Source: Puccinia triticina (lineage: Eukaryota). From it: a stretch of DNA of 64,000 bases. A model generated the notes under the pieces. The model saw only the letters and a program-made list of their open reading frames with translations, did no database searches and was not told the DNA's origin. Below, piece after piece: positions 48,623-60,638 of this stretch; position 1 is the stretch's first letter, and every line of letters starts with the position of its first letter. The DNA lies in contig CP110440.1 of assembly GCA_026914245.1 (NCBI GenBank), forward strand, positions 3,286,001-3,350,000. The letters run 5' to 3'. The position numbers and the translations under genes were made by a program.

Positions 48623-49139
48623 CTGAAAAAAATGAAGAAAAAGAATTTTTATCAGAAAAGGTTTTTGCGATTTCTCTGCGGTATAAAGGTTGGTACAGAA
48701 GGATTTAAGGACTTCTGGAGATACGCGCTAAAAACGCGGTTTATGTTGCGCTATGGAGCGAGTTGAAGTGACGCGAGAGAGCGCGGGGTTGAGTTTTGCT
48801 AAGGAGCGCAGGAGGTGCGCTACAGAGAGCAGGTATAGAGCGCGTAAATGCGCGGAGTGGGTTGCGCTAAGTAGAGGCTTTTGGTTCGCGCTAGGTAGCG
48901 TTGGTGGCGCGCTGTGAAGAGCGGGTAGTGCGCTATGGAGAGCGGGTAGGAAGCTGCGCTAAACTTAATATGTTTAAGTTTAACGGGAATATGTATCCTG
49001 CCGCGCTCGGAGCGCAGGGATTTAATTGGGTAGTTAGGTTAGCTTAAATAAGCTTAAGGTAGGGTTTGTTTGGTGTATTTTGTTGGATAAACGAAAAAAA
49101 CTATGTAGATTATGGGGTTATGGGTTAAAAATGGGTTTA

Positions 49140-49157
49140 TTCCCGGCCAGACCCCCA
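49140..49157 (-). promoter_or_regulatory. Gypsy B primer-binding site (probably tRNA-Pro 3' end)
   Basis: TGGGGGTCTGGCCGGGAA, 2 nt after the 5' LTR. Confidence 0.75.
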
Positions 49158-49159
49158 AT

Positions 49160-50247
49160 TGTCAGGCGCGGTGATGCCAAGAGTAATATTACTCTTCTAG
49201 CTACGCCGGCGACAGAGCACAGAGCGGTAGCGCGCGCAGCAAAAGCGCGGTACAAGTGCGAATTAGCTAAAAAAGCTTATTTCTAATGAACCCAAAAAAG
49301 GGGTTAACGGAGGGGCCAGGGGCGCCTGGGGTGGTTTAGTGCCCTCCGCAGTTCTTACAGGGCCTGCGCACGAGATGCGCAGGGGTTTTTGTGGCCTGTG
49401 ACGTCTGGGGCCCTTAAAAAGGGGGTGATTGCGCGATGACTCGCTCCCAGGAGATATAAAGGGATAGAAATCCCGGTAGAAAGGAAAAAAAAAAAAAACG
49501 CAGACTCACTTGTAAAAAGAAGTCTGCAACAAAAAACACGATTGATCCGAAAAAACCGAAGTCAAGGCGATGTCAGGCTGGCGAACTGGTTGATGAGACG
49601 AGTGGCGAGACTGGCGAGGCGTCGAACTGGTTATAATAGGTATCTGAGGGGCCTTCCTTTGCCCGAAGGCCCTCCTTTATATATTCGGGCTACAACCAGT
49701 AGGGTTGTAGCTGTTATTGCAAATACTTCCTCAGTTTCTCGGCCGGAGGAAGTAGTTATTCTGACAAGGATGTCAGGATTGAAGGGGGATTCTACTAGTC
49801 CCTTCGCTCCCGTTCATCTTTATTTGTTATTCGATCCTTTTGCTATTCCTCGGCTCAAGGAATAGCGTGGTATGAGTTCCTTCATCGGCCAGGGGAGGAG
49901 GAGTAGTATAATTCTTTCTCTCCTCCCCGACCGAAGTCCTTCTAATTCTCAAGGAGACTACTCTTGGTTTAGTAGTCTCCTGAGAGTGTCTGTCGACCCG
50001 TTCTCTTGGCTTGAGAACGGGTTTTGAACTACTGTTCTTTCTCCTGCCAATTCTTCGGCCTGAGCTTATTATCCTGTCTAAGGGATCTTTTTCTTTGTGT
50101 GCGCGGCGCTCCGCGCCGCAGCTAGGTCTTTTTACAATAAAGAAGTCTATTTTGTATGCGGCGCTCTGCGCCGCTATTATTACGTACATTTTTGTAATGT
50201 TACAATAGTTAGCCGGGCTCTAACTTATTATAGTAGCCCGGCTGACA
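49160..50247 (-). repeat. Gypsy B 5' LTR (1088 bp)
   Basis: Direct repeat of 25619-26681. Confidence 0.97.
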
Positions 50248-53200
50248 TATAGTGGCAGAAACACCAAGAAATTACCAAATTAGTGATATTTGGCAACTGA
50301 TCACATTGTGGCTGCTAAATTTGCGGGTTTTGTGGTCACTCAAGGTACAAAATGAACCTTTGAGGGCATGTTATTATTTTGGTACCAATATCATAGAAGA
50401 AGTCCCACTCTGGGCTGAGATACAGTGGCAGAAACACCAAGAAACTATCAAATTAGTGATATTTGGCAACTGATCACTTTGTGGCTGCTACATTTGGGGG
50501 TTTTGTGTTCATTCAAGGTACACAGTGGATTTTTTAAGGGCATATGATCATTTTGGAACCAATATTGTGGAAGAACCCCCATGCTGCGCTGAGATATAGT
50601 GGCAGAAACACCAAGAAACTACCAAATTAGTGATATTTGGCAACTGATCACATTGTGGCTGCTACATTTGGGCGTTTTGTGGTCATTCAAGGTACACAAT
50701 GAGTCTTTGAGGGCATTTGATTATTTTGGTACCAATATCATGGAAGAACTCCCACGCTGCACTGAGATATAGTGGTAGAAACACCAAGAAACTACCAAAT
50801 CAGTGATATTTGGCAATCAATGATGTTGTAGTTGCTACATTTGGGGGTCTCATGGTCATTTGAGGTACACAATGAATCTATGAGGGGTTTTGATTATTTT
50901 GGTACCAATATTATGGAAGAATTCCCACCCTGCGCTGACATATAGTGGCAGAAACACCAAGAAACTACCAAATTAGTGACATTTGGCAACTGATCACATT
51001 GTGGCTGCTACATTTGGGGTTTTCATGGTCATTCAAGGTAGACAGTGAATCTTTGAGGGCATTGGATCATTTTGGTACCAATATCATGGAAGAACTCCCA
51101 TGCTGCGCTGAGATATAGTGGCAGAGACACCAAGAAACTACCAAATTAGTGACATTTGGCAACTGATCAGATTGTGGCTGCTAGATTTGGGGGTTTTGTG
51201 GCCATTCAAGGCACACAATGAGTTTTTGAGGGTATGTGATTATTTTGGTATCAATATCATAGAAGAACTTCCATTCTGGGCTGAGATATAGTGGCAGAAA
51301 CACCAAGAAACTACCAAATTAGTGACATTTGGGAACTGATCAGATTGTGGCTGCTACATTTGGGGGTTTTGTGGACATTCAAGGTATAAAATGAATCTTT
51401 GAGGGCATTTGATAATTTTGGTACCAATATCATGGAAGGACTCCCATGCTGCGCTGAGATATAGTGGCAGGAACGCCAAGAAACTACCAAATTAGTGATT
51501 TTTGGCAACTGATCAGATTGTGGCTGCTAGATTTGGGGGTTTTGTGGCCATTCAAGTTACCCAACTAATCTTTGAGGGAATTTGATCATTTCTGTCCCAA
51601 TATCATGGAAGGACCCCCACGCTGCGCTGAGATATAGTGGCAGAAACACCAAGAAACTACCAAATTAGTGATATTTGGCAACTGATCACATTGTGGCTGC
51701 CACATTTGGGGGTTTTGTGGCCATTCAAGGTACACAATGAACCTTTGATGGTATGTGACCATTTTGGTACCAATATCATGGAAGAACTCTCACCTTGCGC
51801 TGAGATATAGTGGCAGAAACACCAAGAAACTACCAAATTAGTGACATTTGGCAACTGATCACATTGTGGCTGCTGCATTTGGGGTTTTCATGGTCATTCA
51901 AGGTACATAATGACTCTTTGAGGGCATTTTATTATTTTGGTACCAATATCATGGAAGAACTCCCACGCTGCGCTGAGATATGGTGGCAGAAACACCAAGA
52001 AACTACCAAATTAGTGACATTTGCCAACCAATCAGATTGTGGCTGCTACATTTGGGTGTTTTGTGTCCATTCAAGGTACACAACAAAGCTTTGAGGGCAT
52101 TTGATCATTTTGGTACAAATATCATGGAAGAACTCCCATGCTGCGCTGAGATATAGTGGCAGGAACGCCAAGAAACTACCAAATTAGTGAAATTTGGCAA
52201 CTGATCACATTGTGGCTACTACATTTGAGGGTTTTGTGGTCGTTAAAGGTACACAATGAATGTTTCAGGGCATCCCATCATTTTGGTACCAATATCATCA
52301 CTGCCAGCATATTTGGCTGGCATCAAGTCATCCCAGTTTAACTGGGATGCACTCAACCAATTTAGAATGGGTTGATCTCATCAAATGAAATATAAAACCA
52401 AGGGGGGTCCCTTGGATTTATATTTCATCAGTTGAGATCAACCAAGTTTAAATTGGTTGAGTTCATCCCAGTTTAACTGGGATAACCTTAACCCAGCCAA
52501 TTATGCTGGCAGTGCATGGAAGAACTCCCACGCAGCGCTGAGATATAGTGGCAGAAACACCAAAAAACTTCCAAATTAGTGACATTTGGCAACTGATCAC
52601 ATTGTGGCTGCTGCATTTGGGGGTTTTGTGGCCATTCAAGTTACACAATGAACCTTTGATGGTATGTGACCATTTTTTTACCAATATCATGGAAGAACTC
52701 CCATGCCACGCTGAGATATAGTGGCAGAAACACCAAGAAACTACCAAATTAGTGACATTTGGCAACTGATCAGATTGTGGCTGCTAGATTTGGGGGTTTT
52801 GTGGCCATTCAAGGCACACAATGAGTTTTTGAGGGTATGTGATCATTTTGGTATCAATATCATGGAAGAACTCCCATGCTGGGCTGAGATATAGTGGCAG
52901 AAACACCAAGAAACTACCAACTTAGTGACATTTGGCAACTGATCAGATTGTGGCTGCTACATTTGGGGGTTTTGTGGCTATTCAAGGTACAAAATGAATC
53001 TTTGAGGGCATTTGATCATTTTGGTACCAATATCATGGAAGGACCCCCACGCTGCGCTGAGATATAGTGGCAGAAACACCAAGAAACTACCAAATTAGTG
53101 ATATTTGGCAACTGCTCACATTGTGGCTGCCACATTTGGGGGTTTTGTGGCCATTCAAGGTACACAATTAATCTCTGAGGGCATGTGATAATTTTGGTAT

Positions 53201-54152
53201 CAATATCATGGAAGATCCCCCATGCTGCGCTGAGATATAGTGCCAGAAACACCAAGAAACTACCAAATTAGTGTCATTTGGCAACTGATCACATTGTGGC
53301 TGCTACAGTTGGGGGTCTCGTGGTCATTCAAGGTACACAATGAATCTTTGAGGGCATTAGATCATTTTGGTACCAATATCATGGAAGAATGTAGCAGCCG
53401 CAATGTGATCAGGTGCCAAATATCACTAATTTGGTAATTTCTTGGTGTTTCTGCCACTATATCTCAGCGCAGCATGGGAGTACTTCCATGATATTTGTAC
53501 CAAAATGATCAAATGCCCTCAAAGATTCAGTTTGTACCTTGAATGAACACAAAAACCTCAAATGTAGCAGCCACAACATGATCAGTTGCCAAATGTCACT
53601 AATTTGGTAGTTTCTTGGTGTTTCTGCCACCATATCTTGGGGCAGCGTGGGAGTTCCTCCATGATATTGGTACCAAAATGATCACATTCCCTCAAAGATT
53701 TATTTTGCACCTTGAATGGCCACAAAACCCCCAAATGTGGCAGCCACAATGTGATCAGTTGCCGAATATCACTAATTTGGTAGTTTCTTGGTGTTTCCTT
53801 GGTGTTTCTGCCACTACATCTCAGCACAGGGTGGGGGTTCTTCCATGATATTGGTACTGAAATTATCAAATTCCCTCAAAGATTCATTGGCTACCTTGAA
53901 TGACCACAAAACCCTCAAATGTAGCAGCTACATTGTGATCAGTTGCCAAATATCACTAATTTGGTAGTTTCTTGGTGTTTCTGCCACTGTATCTCAGTGC
54001 AGCATGGGGGTTCTTCCATGATATTGATACCAAAATGATTACATGCCCTCAAAGATTCATTGTGTACCTTGAATGGCCACAAAACCCCCAAATGTGGCAG
54101 CCACTATGTGATCAGTTTCCAAATATCACTAATTTGGTAGTTTCTTGGTGTT
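50248..54152. repeat. ~173-bp tandem satellite inside the CACTA element; ~17 forward units (plus ~1 at 25464-25618), then ~4.4 inverted units from ~53390
   Basis: GAGATATAGTGGCAGAAACACCAAGAAACTACCAAATTAGTG recurs at 50417, 50591, 50764, 50937, 51110 and onward; reverse-complement units follow after 53390. Confidence 0.95.
52299..52514. mobile_element. CACTA/CMC-type MITE (CACTG termini), 216 bp, palindromic throughout
   Basis: TIR CACTGCCAGCATA; TSD CAT. Confidence 0.92.
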
Positions 54153-57100
54153 AAGACCCTGACAAAAATATGCTCAACCATGTTAAACTAATTCCAAAAT
54201 TCCCTATATACATGTAGCATACCAAGGATGATATGCCAAATCTTCAGGAAATTTCAGGTGACACAAAATTAACAACCCAGGAAGAATGGTAATTTGAGAG
54301 AGATGAGGGGTCAATGTTTCCCTTTTTTGACAAAAAGTAGATTTGGAGACTTCTGATAACACCAATGGTTGAAGTAAAAAAAACAATTCAAAATTTCTGA
54401 GACCCCTGAGCCACCCTGGATAAATCCTAAAACTTGCAATGTCTTTTTTCAGGAAGAACAGACTGGTGTATGTAGAAATTCATGAACTTTATCAGGGAAA
54501 AAAAAAGAAAAGATTCCTGTGGCTTGAAGCTAACACAGGGGGAAGTTGAGAGATTATAGAAGAGTATTAAGGCAACATGGAACACAGACAAAGGTATCAA
54601 GAGGAATAAAAAAAATTGATCAATGTAATTTGATCAATATATGCTATACTGATCAATATACAACATCGCAAATTCATCCATGTTGGTAGTGAAGGAAGTT
54701 GCAGCAAGTCAGAAGGCCATTGCAATTCAGAAAGCAGCGGCAACTAAGAGGGCCGCTGCCGCCACTCTGGCTGCCGTTAAGCACCAGGCCATCCTGAATT
54801 CCTTTGCTGCCAAGACGGCGGTTGCCCCTTGGAAAGATGTGGCCAAGCGCATGGCAACGCGCAAACCCGTTGGGTTTGATTGCTTGTGGTTTCTATTTTT
54901 TCTCATTGAATCCCCCTGGCACCACATTTTCCTCTTGCTTGTTTCTTACCTATATCTCTTGAAAATTACCTGCCTGCTGGTTGCTCTGCTTGTTCCTCCG
55001 ACGTAGTGTGACCCCTTGTCTGTTTTTCAGGCCTTTGGGCCTTTCTTTTTAACAAGGCATTGCAAAAATACACACCTCATTGGAGTGAAACCTAATTTTA
55101 CAACCCCTGATTTGCAATGAGCTTTCCTTTGTAAATGAAGCTCATTGCAAAATTATTTGTTTGGGGGCAATGGGACCTTTTTACATTGCCCATTTTTGCA
55201 ATGGGTCAATTTGGTAAAACATGTGTTGTAAATGAGCACTTTAATGGATCTTGTGAGCTGATTTACAATTTGATTTTTACATATTCTTGCTTTGCATTGC
55301 CCCAAATGTTCTCTGAAATTGCAAATTTGCATGTTCTGGGCTGATTATCCAGTTTTACAATTTCTCATTTTTGCAATGTAAAGGGGAATTGTAAAAATAA
55401 ACATCCCCATGATTTATGCATGCATAAAATTATGCAAACCAACTTTGAACACCATATTTGTATATACTTGTGGCGGTGGTACTGGAGCCGCAGCCGGGGG
55501 GTAGGTGAGTGTGGCACCGCTCCAGCCAGAACTGTAGACTTGATTCAGACTGAAAAAACAATTCAGACAAGGCTTTCAACCTTAGCTTGAGCCCCTGATT
55601 GCCATACATTTTTGGTTACTACCCCCCTTGCCCTCAGAAAAAATTCATACAATTGAGGTGAGTACCTTTACCGGCCAAAATGACCATTCATACATCTGGG
55701 GTGCGTAGGTTTTTTGGTTTTTGACAAAAAAATCATACATTTTGGTTACTGTGTTCCATAGGGGCTTTGCTGGGTCCTCTCAAGGCCTCTCAAAGCGCTT
55801 CCGTTGGAACACTCACCCGAGGCATGTTGTATAGCCACTTTCCGGTCTATTGAATATATTAACATATGTATTATACAATTTGATAATGCGGTGGCAGGCG
55901 AACTTATGTAGCAGTGACGTGGCACACCGTGAGACAGAGACCGGCCCACGGGGCTGACCCTTCGGGGCTCTCACAGAGTGTCACAGTGAGGCTAGTGCTA
56001 CACCACGGGTGCACTAAAAGTTTTCTGATGCGGTCCAAAAATAATCTGCTGGTTTTTGGAAATATTTACGGAGAATGTTGGGAGAATATTTTCCCAGTCC
56101 CTTTGTAAATATTTCCTCCCCTTTTTTTTTGAAATGAAATATTTCCGGGGATATCTATGGGAAAGAAAATATTTCCTTGAACTTTTTCAAAAAGTCTCAG
56201 GAAATATTCTCATTCCTCTCAAAGTTCGAGGAAATATTTCCTCTCACCTATAAAAGTCCCCAGAAATATTCTCCATGACTCTGGAAAATTGAAATAAATA
56301 TTAGGCTGGGATAATTGGCCCGGTTCTCTCCCACAGAACACAACAGTTGGGTCTGAGCTGCAACCATCTCCTTCCAACTGGAGTTTTGAATCAAGTTGAG
56401 CCCAACGCTTGAAGTCCTCGCACTCCAGCAGTGCCCAAGAACCTCAACCATCTCCTTGCTTCCACATCTCTTTTATCACTTGAGATCCAGGTGGGAACAC
56501 TTTATCTCATCATGCGGCCCACAGACGGCCATCTCCTCTCCGTCTCCGGAGGCGGCTAAAGGCCTGCGCCCCTCACGCTCCTCAGAAGCCGGCTGCTTGC
56601 CTCCTCCTCCCTCCTTTTTTAGAAGCAATTCAAGCCCACTTTGCTGAGCCAATCATCCGGGCAAGGATGATGGACTACGTGATACAATTTATAAGGATTG
56701 GGTCACGCTGGGAGGAAGATCAATACGGGACAAGCGGGATCGGGATCAAGACACTGACCTTCAAGGTCCTCAAGTTCCTCGGCTCAGGTGCCGTCTTTGT
56801 CAACAACGAAGCCACTCATATGAGGTTGGTGGGGACACCCATTTCAGGTATGATATCTCCCATCAGATAAGTCGGTTCATGATGTCTTGGAATATGACAA
56901 ACCAATGTGATCTTTAATCAGGTTTTATTGTGGTTGCTGTTGTATCTGGGAGGCTTGCTACCGCTCAGCTTCGGGCTCTTCCTCGAAAAAGATCCGCGGC
57001 AAATCCTCTTGTCTCTTGTTTCCTCCTCAGCTCCCAACAAGGGTGCCTCCCAATATCCCAAGCAACCCTCTTTGACAGGTATAGCTTGTTGCTCCCCAAG

Positions 57101-57506
57101 GGATTCTTTGAATCAGGGGACTACTGTCACCCTAAGTTGTACTTGTTCTTGATACTGCAGGTTAGCTCGTGGGGGTGGCAGAGCACATGCATCAAGTCCT
57201 CCCCTTCCTTTGGGCCCATCTGCACAGCCGACCGATCACCCGCACTTCTGGTGGTGGTAGCAGCCCTCCGTTGTACTTTCTGTTTGATTTTTCTTGTTTA
57301 ACAAGCAGAAAGTTTTAAAAAATATTTCACTCGAGAAAATTGAGGCAGCAAAATATTGTATGCAATAAATTTGGTTCTTTGAATATTTTGTGCAACAAAA
57401 TTTGGATATCAGAATATTTTGAACAATAAAAAAGGTTTATCAGAATATTTTGTTTGATAAAATTTGGTTAACAAAATATTTTGCTGGATATATGGTGGGA
57501 TTGGTA

Positions 57507-59031
57507 TGGAGGCGCTGGACCGACAAAAACAGCCAATTTTGTGTTTTTTTTGTGAAATGCCGGTAAATCCACGACAAAATGGACAGATGAACCAACAAAG
57601 CGGCCATTGTTATGCTTTCAGAGCGACAATCCAGCCATCTTGGTGTCGGTCTGATGGCGCCTCTAGCCCGACAAAACAGCCACCATGGCTCTGAGCCATC
57701 ATTCCTAGCCAAACATGGTGCCTGAGCCGACATTCCCAGACAAAAATGGCTCTGAACCAGAAATTCTTGTCAGTCATGTTTCATGTTTCGACTCTAGCCA
57801 TCTTTCCTTGCTTCCGCTTCCAGCATCCGCCAAACATGTGGGAACAGTATCTGTCTGTATCAGTGTATGTATTTATATGATGCATGTGTAGCAGTACTCA
57901 AACAGGTGTCAGTGTCAGGATTTGTTATAAATCCTGTAATAGTAAAGTGAGCAGCCTGGTTCCTATATATACCTCTTCTGTTTTAACCTGCTCCAACTCC
58001 CCCCTCATTCTTGGCAACTTCTTTATCACTCAACAGGGGGTCGGTTAGGTGCCCTGAAGAGTTGGTCAAGCTGTTTACATGCTGACTTTTGACATTGTGC
58101 TCTCTATATCATGCTGCTCTCTGACTTGGGGGTTGGTTAGGTGCCCAGGAGAGTCAGAATGGCATTTCAGAGCATATGATTTGAGGAATTGAGACCAGTC
58201 CAATGGCTTCAACTTCTCCCAGTCAACTGGACTCTGCAAGGGAGACCTGTTCTCACCAACAAAGCTCACTGAGAAGCATGCTGCTGCATGTACATACCTT
58301 ACCAGCCAGTGGCAAAATTTCATTGTTGCCCACTGGCTTGCCAAGGCTCCTGGAAAGTTGTTTATAAAGTACCTTGGCTTCCCAAGGGCTACCAATGAGC
58401 TGATTCAAAATCCTGGACGCACTGGGGACCGGGTGGTCGGTCTCTTTTGCTTGAGCCGTGGGTAACACATCCTTCTGCTCACAGTTTTGGCGCCGTGCCG
58501 TGGCACCTGGGGAGTCCCAAAAGCCGGTTTAGGCTTCCCAAGACTCTGTCTGGGTTGGAGGGAGGTTTGATCCCGGGTCCGCTGAGAATGTTCCTCCCAA
58601 GGGCCTCGCTTTGGCTAGAGCTTGCCCAAGAGGGATCTCTTGGCCGAGCAACGTTGGTACATAAGGGAGAAGGGGTTAGCAAAGCGGGTCCTCCGGGAGC
58701 AGGGCCAACCCAAAAGGAAGCAATGACTAAGGCGCTAGTGGAAAGTTTAACGGTTCTTTCCTGGGGGCAAAAGGGCAGGCAGGGACCGAGGGGACTATGT
58801 ACACACCTCCCTGTACTTCCGCTGGCACGTGACTACGATGGAATCTACAGCGCCCCTTGTCACGGAAGTGCTTATAGGATCCTACAGTTGTACAGGGACC
58901 AAGCTAGGCGATCATGGGCTACTTCGCTCCCGCTTTGCTCCCAGTAACAAATATTCTTTCTTGTTTTTTAAAAATAAAAATAGAAAAAGTGAAACTAAAA
59001 AGCTGTCCGACATGTCGGTCCAGCGCCTCCA
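57507..59031. mobile_element. Probable Tc1/mariner-type non-autonomous element
   Basis: TA-flanked TIR TGGAGGCGCTGGACCGACA / TGTCGGTCCAGCGCCTCCA. An alternative 6-bp flank duplication GATTGG lies outside the TAs. Confidence 0.6.
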
Positions 59032-60299
59032 TAGATTGGAGATATTTTACCAAATATTTTGAATTTCTCATCAAGAATATCTTCAAAAAAATTGTAAAAA
59101 CCACTCTGAGTGGTTTCTGAGATATTTTCAAAATATTTGGGGGGAAATATCCTGGAAAATATTTCCTAAATTTATGGAAAATATTTCAGAAACCACTCAG
59201 AGTGGTTTCTGAGATATTCTCAAAATATCACAAACCCGGATGCTGTGACTCGTTCCTGGCGACGTCCGTTCTGAATGAACTGGAAAATATTCTGAAGCCG
59301 GATTCAATCCGGCTTTGGAATAAGCTCGGGTGGCAGGCGGTGGCCAATTGGTTGGTGAAAGTACCGGGTACCCCTGCCAACCGCCAGACAATCACAAGAA
59401 AGCCGCGGCCGGACACACTTTTTTGCCATTGTCCTCTTCCAGCAGGTTTTTTTTACAAATGATATATAATTCCAGCTATACTCTCCCCGTACCGCGTCCA
59501 GCCCATCCCCTCGTCCACAATCCTTCCACCCAGAGTCACTCGCTTCGAAATCAAGGATGAAAACATTTCTTAACTTCATGATGGCGTTGGTCGTCCTGAC
59601 CATAGTTTTCCCGGGCACACTGGGGAATCCTGCGCGTACTGGGAATGGGTACCCCTGCGGCAACTGTATTTGTGTACTTGTCGGGACCAAAGAGCATCGA
59701 AATTGTTGAAGGGTCATTCACCGATGTGGTAAGGTTGACATCTTGTAACTTGGAAAAAAAGCCTGTGATCAATAACGTTTCCGTTTCGTATTTTTTGTAC
59801 GCTTCAAGTCCCTGGCCGGCCCCACCAATGGCTCAAGAACTTCTATGTAGTCTTGACTCTTACCCCCTCGTCTGTTTCACCCAGGCCGCTTATCCTGATC
59901 GCCCCGGCAGGAGACGCTCACATCCAGCTCGACATAAACTCGGCTGAGCCAACCCGCCGCCCCAAACTTTCATCACACTCATTTTACCCTATCTTTCAAG
60001 TACCTCTTTCAACCGATCAGCCAGTCCCCAAATGAGGCTCCAAATTTTTATCGATTGTCTTCTATGAGCGCTTGAATGCATGCAACTTATCCGTTTGGAA
60101 GTATTGAATAGTGATTTTATTGCTTGCTTCTATCCTGAATTAGTATTGAGAGCACTATTCCGGAGACAGTGAGATGAGTTGGTCAAGGAGGAGTCAGCCA
60201 AGCACGCCGAATATGAGGCGGCTTGGTCGGGGCTTTCCGGGGTCCTCGTTGAGGGCAGCTCAAAGCGGGCCAAGGGCCGGGGCTCCGGGGGTGCCCGAT

Positions 60300-60448
60300 C
60301 AAACCCGGCGGGGGAAAGCGGTACTTGGGGGCGGTATTTCCAAAAAAACAGGCACCCGGCACCGCATCTGGCACCGCTTGGCGGGTGCGGGCGGTACCCG
60401 CCCGCGGGTGCCGGGTACCACCAAACGGGTACCGGTCGACATTCTCTA
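60300..60448. mobile_element. hAT-like terminus remnant
   Basis: GGTACC/GGCACC subterminal repeats ending in GTCGACATTCTCTA; partner end not found. Confidence 0.5.
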
Positions 60449-60638
60449 CAGCTTAAAAATTGATATAGGCATACCGACTGACAATAATGAAAAGAATGTA
60501 AGGATCAGAAGGTTTTAGCTTGTAGACAGTGTAGTACATACAACATTTGCCTGTCAGATGTGTGTTGTATTTATGTGCTTGCAGACTGACAACTACAGAG
60601 GTGGTTTTTACCCACTATAATGTTGGATTGAGGTATTG

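Larger units (their letters stand above)
25619..50247 (-). mobile_element. Gypsy/chromovirus LTR retrotransposon B (~9.3 kb own sequence, decayed)
   Basis: TG...CA LTRs at 25619-26681 and 49160-50247; TSD TATAG; PPT at 26682-26695; PBS at 49140-49157; gag-pol on the minus strand. Confidence 0.97.
24951..54691. mobile_element. Non-autonomous CACTA foldback element (~4.9 kb own sequence)
   Basis: CACTACCAACATGG...CCATGTTGGTAGTG termini; 3-bp TSD AAG; ~520-bp inverted arms (24951-25470 and 54150-54691) enclosing the 173-bp repeat array. Confidence 0.93.
19603..55408 (+). mobile_element. Mutator-like element (MULE), ~5.6 kb of own sequence, expanded to 35.8 kb by nested insertions
   Basis: Exact 9-bp TSD ATGATTTAT (19594-19602 and 55409-55417); imperfect TIRs GGGG...CATTGCAAA..GAAATTGTAAAA at both ends; encodes a MULE-type transposase. 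Confidence 0.85.

Noticed and set aside
50252..54154. Numerous 60-100 aa ORFs (e.g. MAETPRNYQISDIWQL..)
   Set aside because: These are translations of the 173-bp satellite; the unit length is not a multiple of 3 and stops are frequent.
56300..57300. Protein-coding gene
   Set aside because: Short unconnected ORFs with no recognisable motif or consistent splice pattern; the same applies to 59300-60000.
57900..58950. Solo LTR ending in GTAACA
   Set aside because: No matching TSD or second copy in the window.
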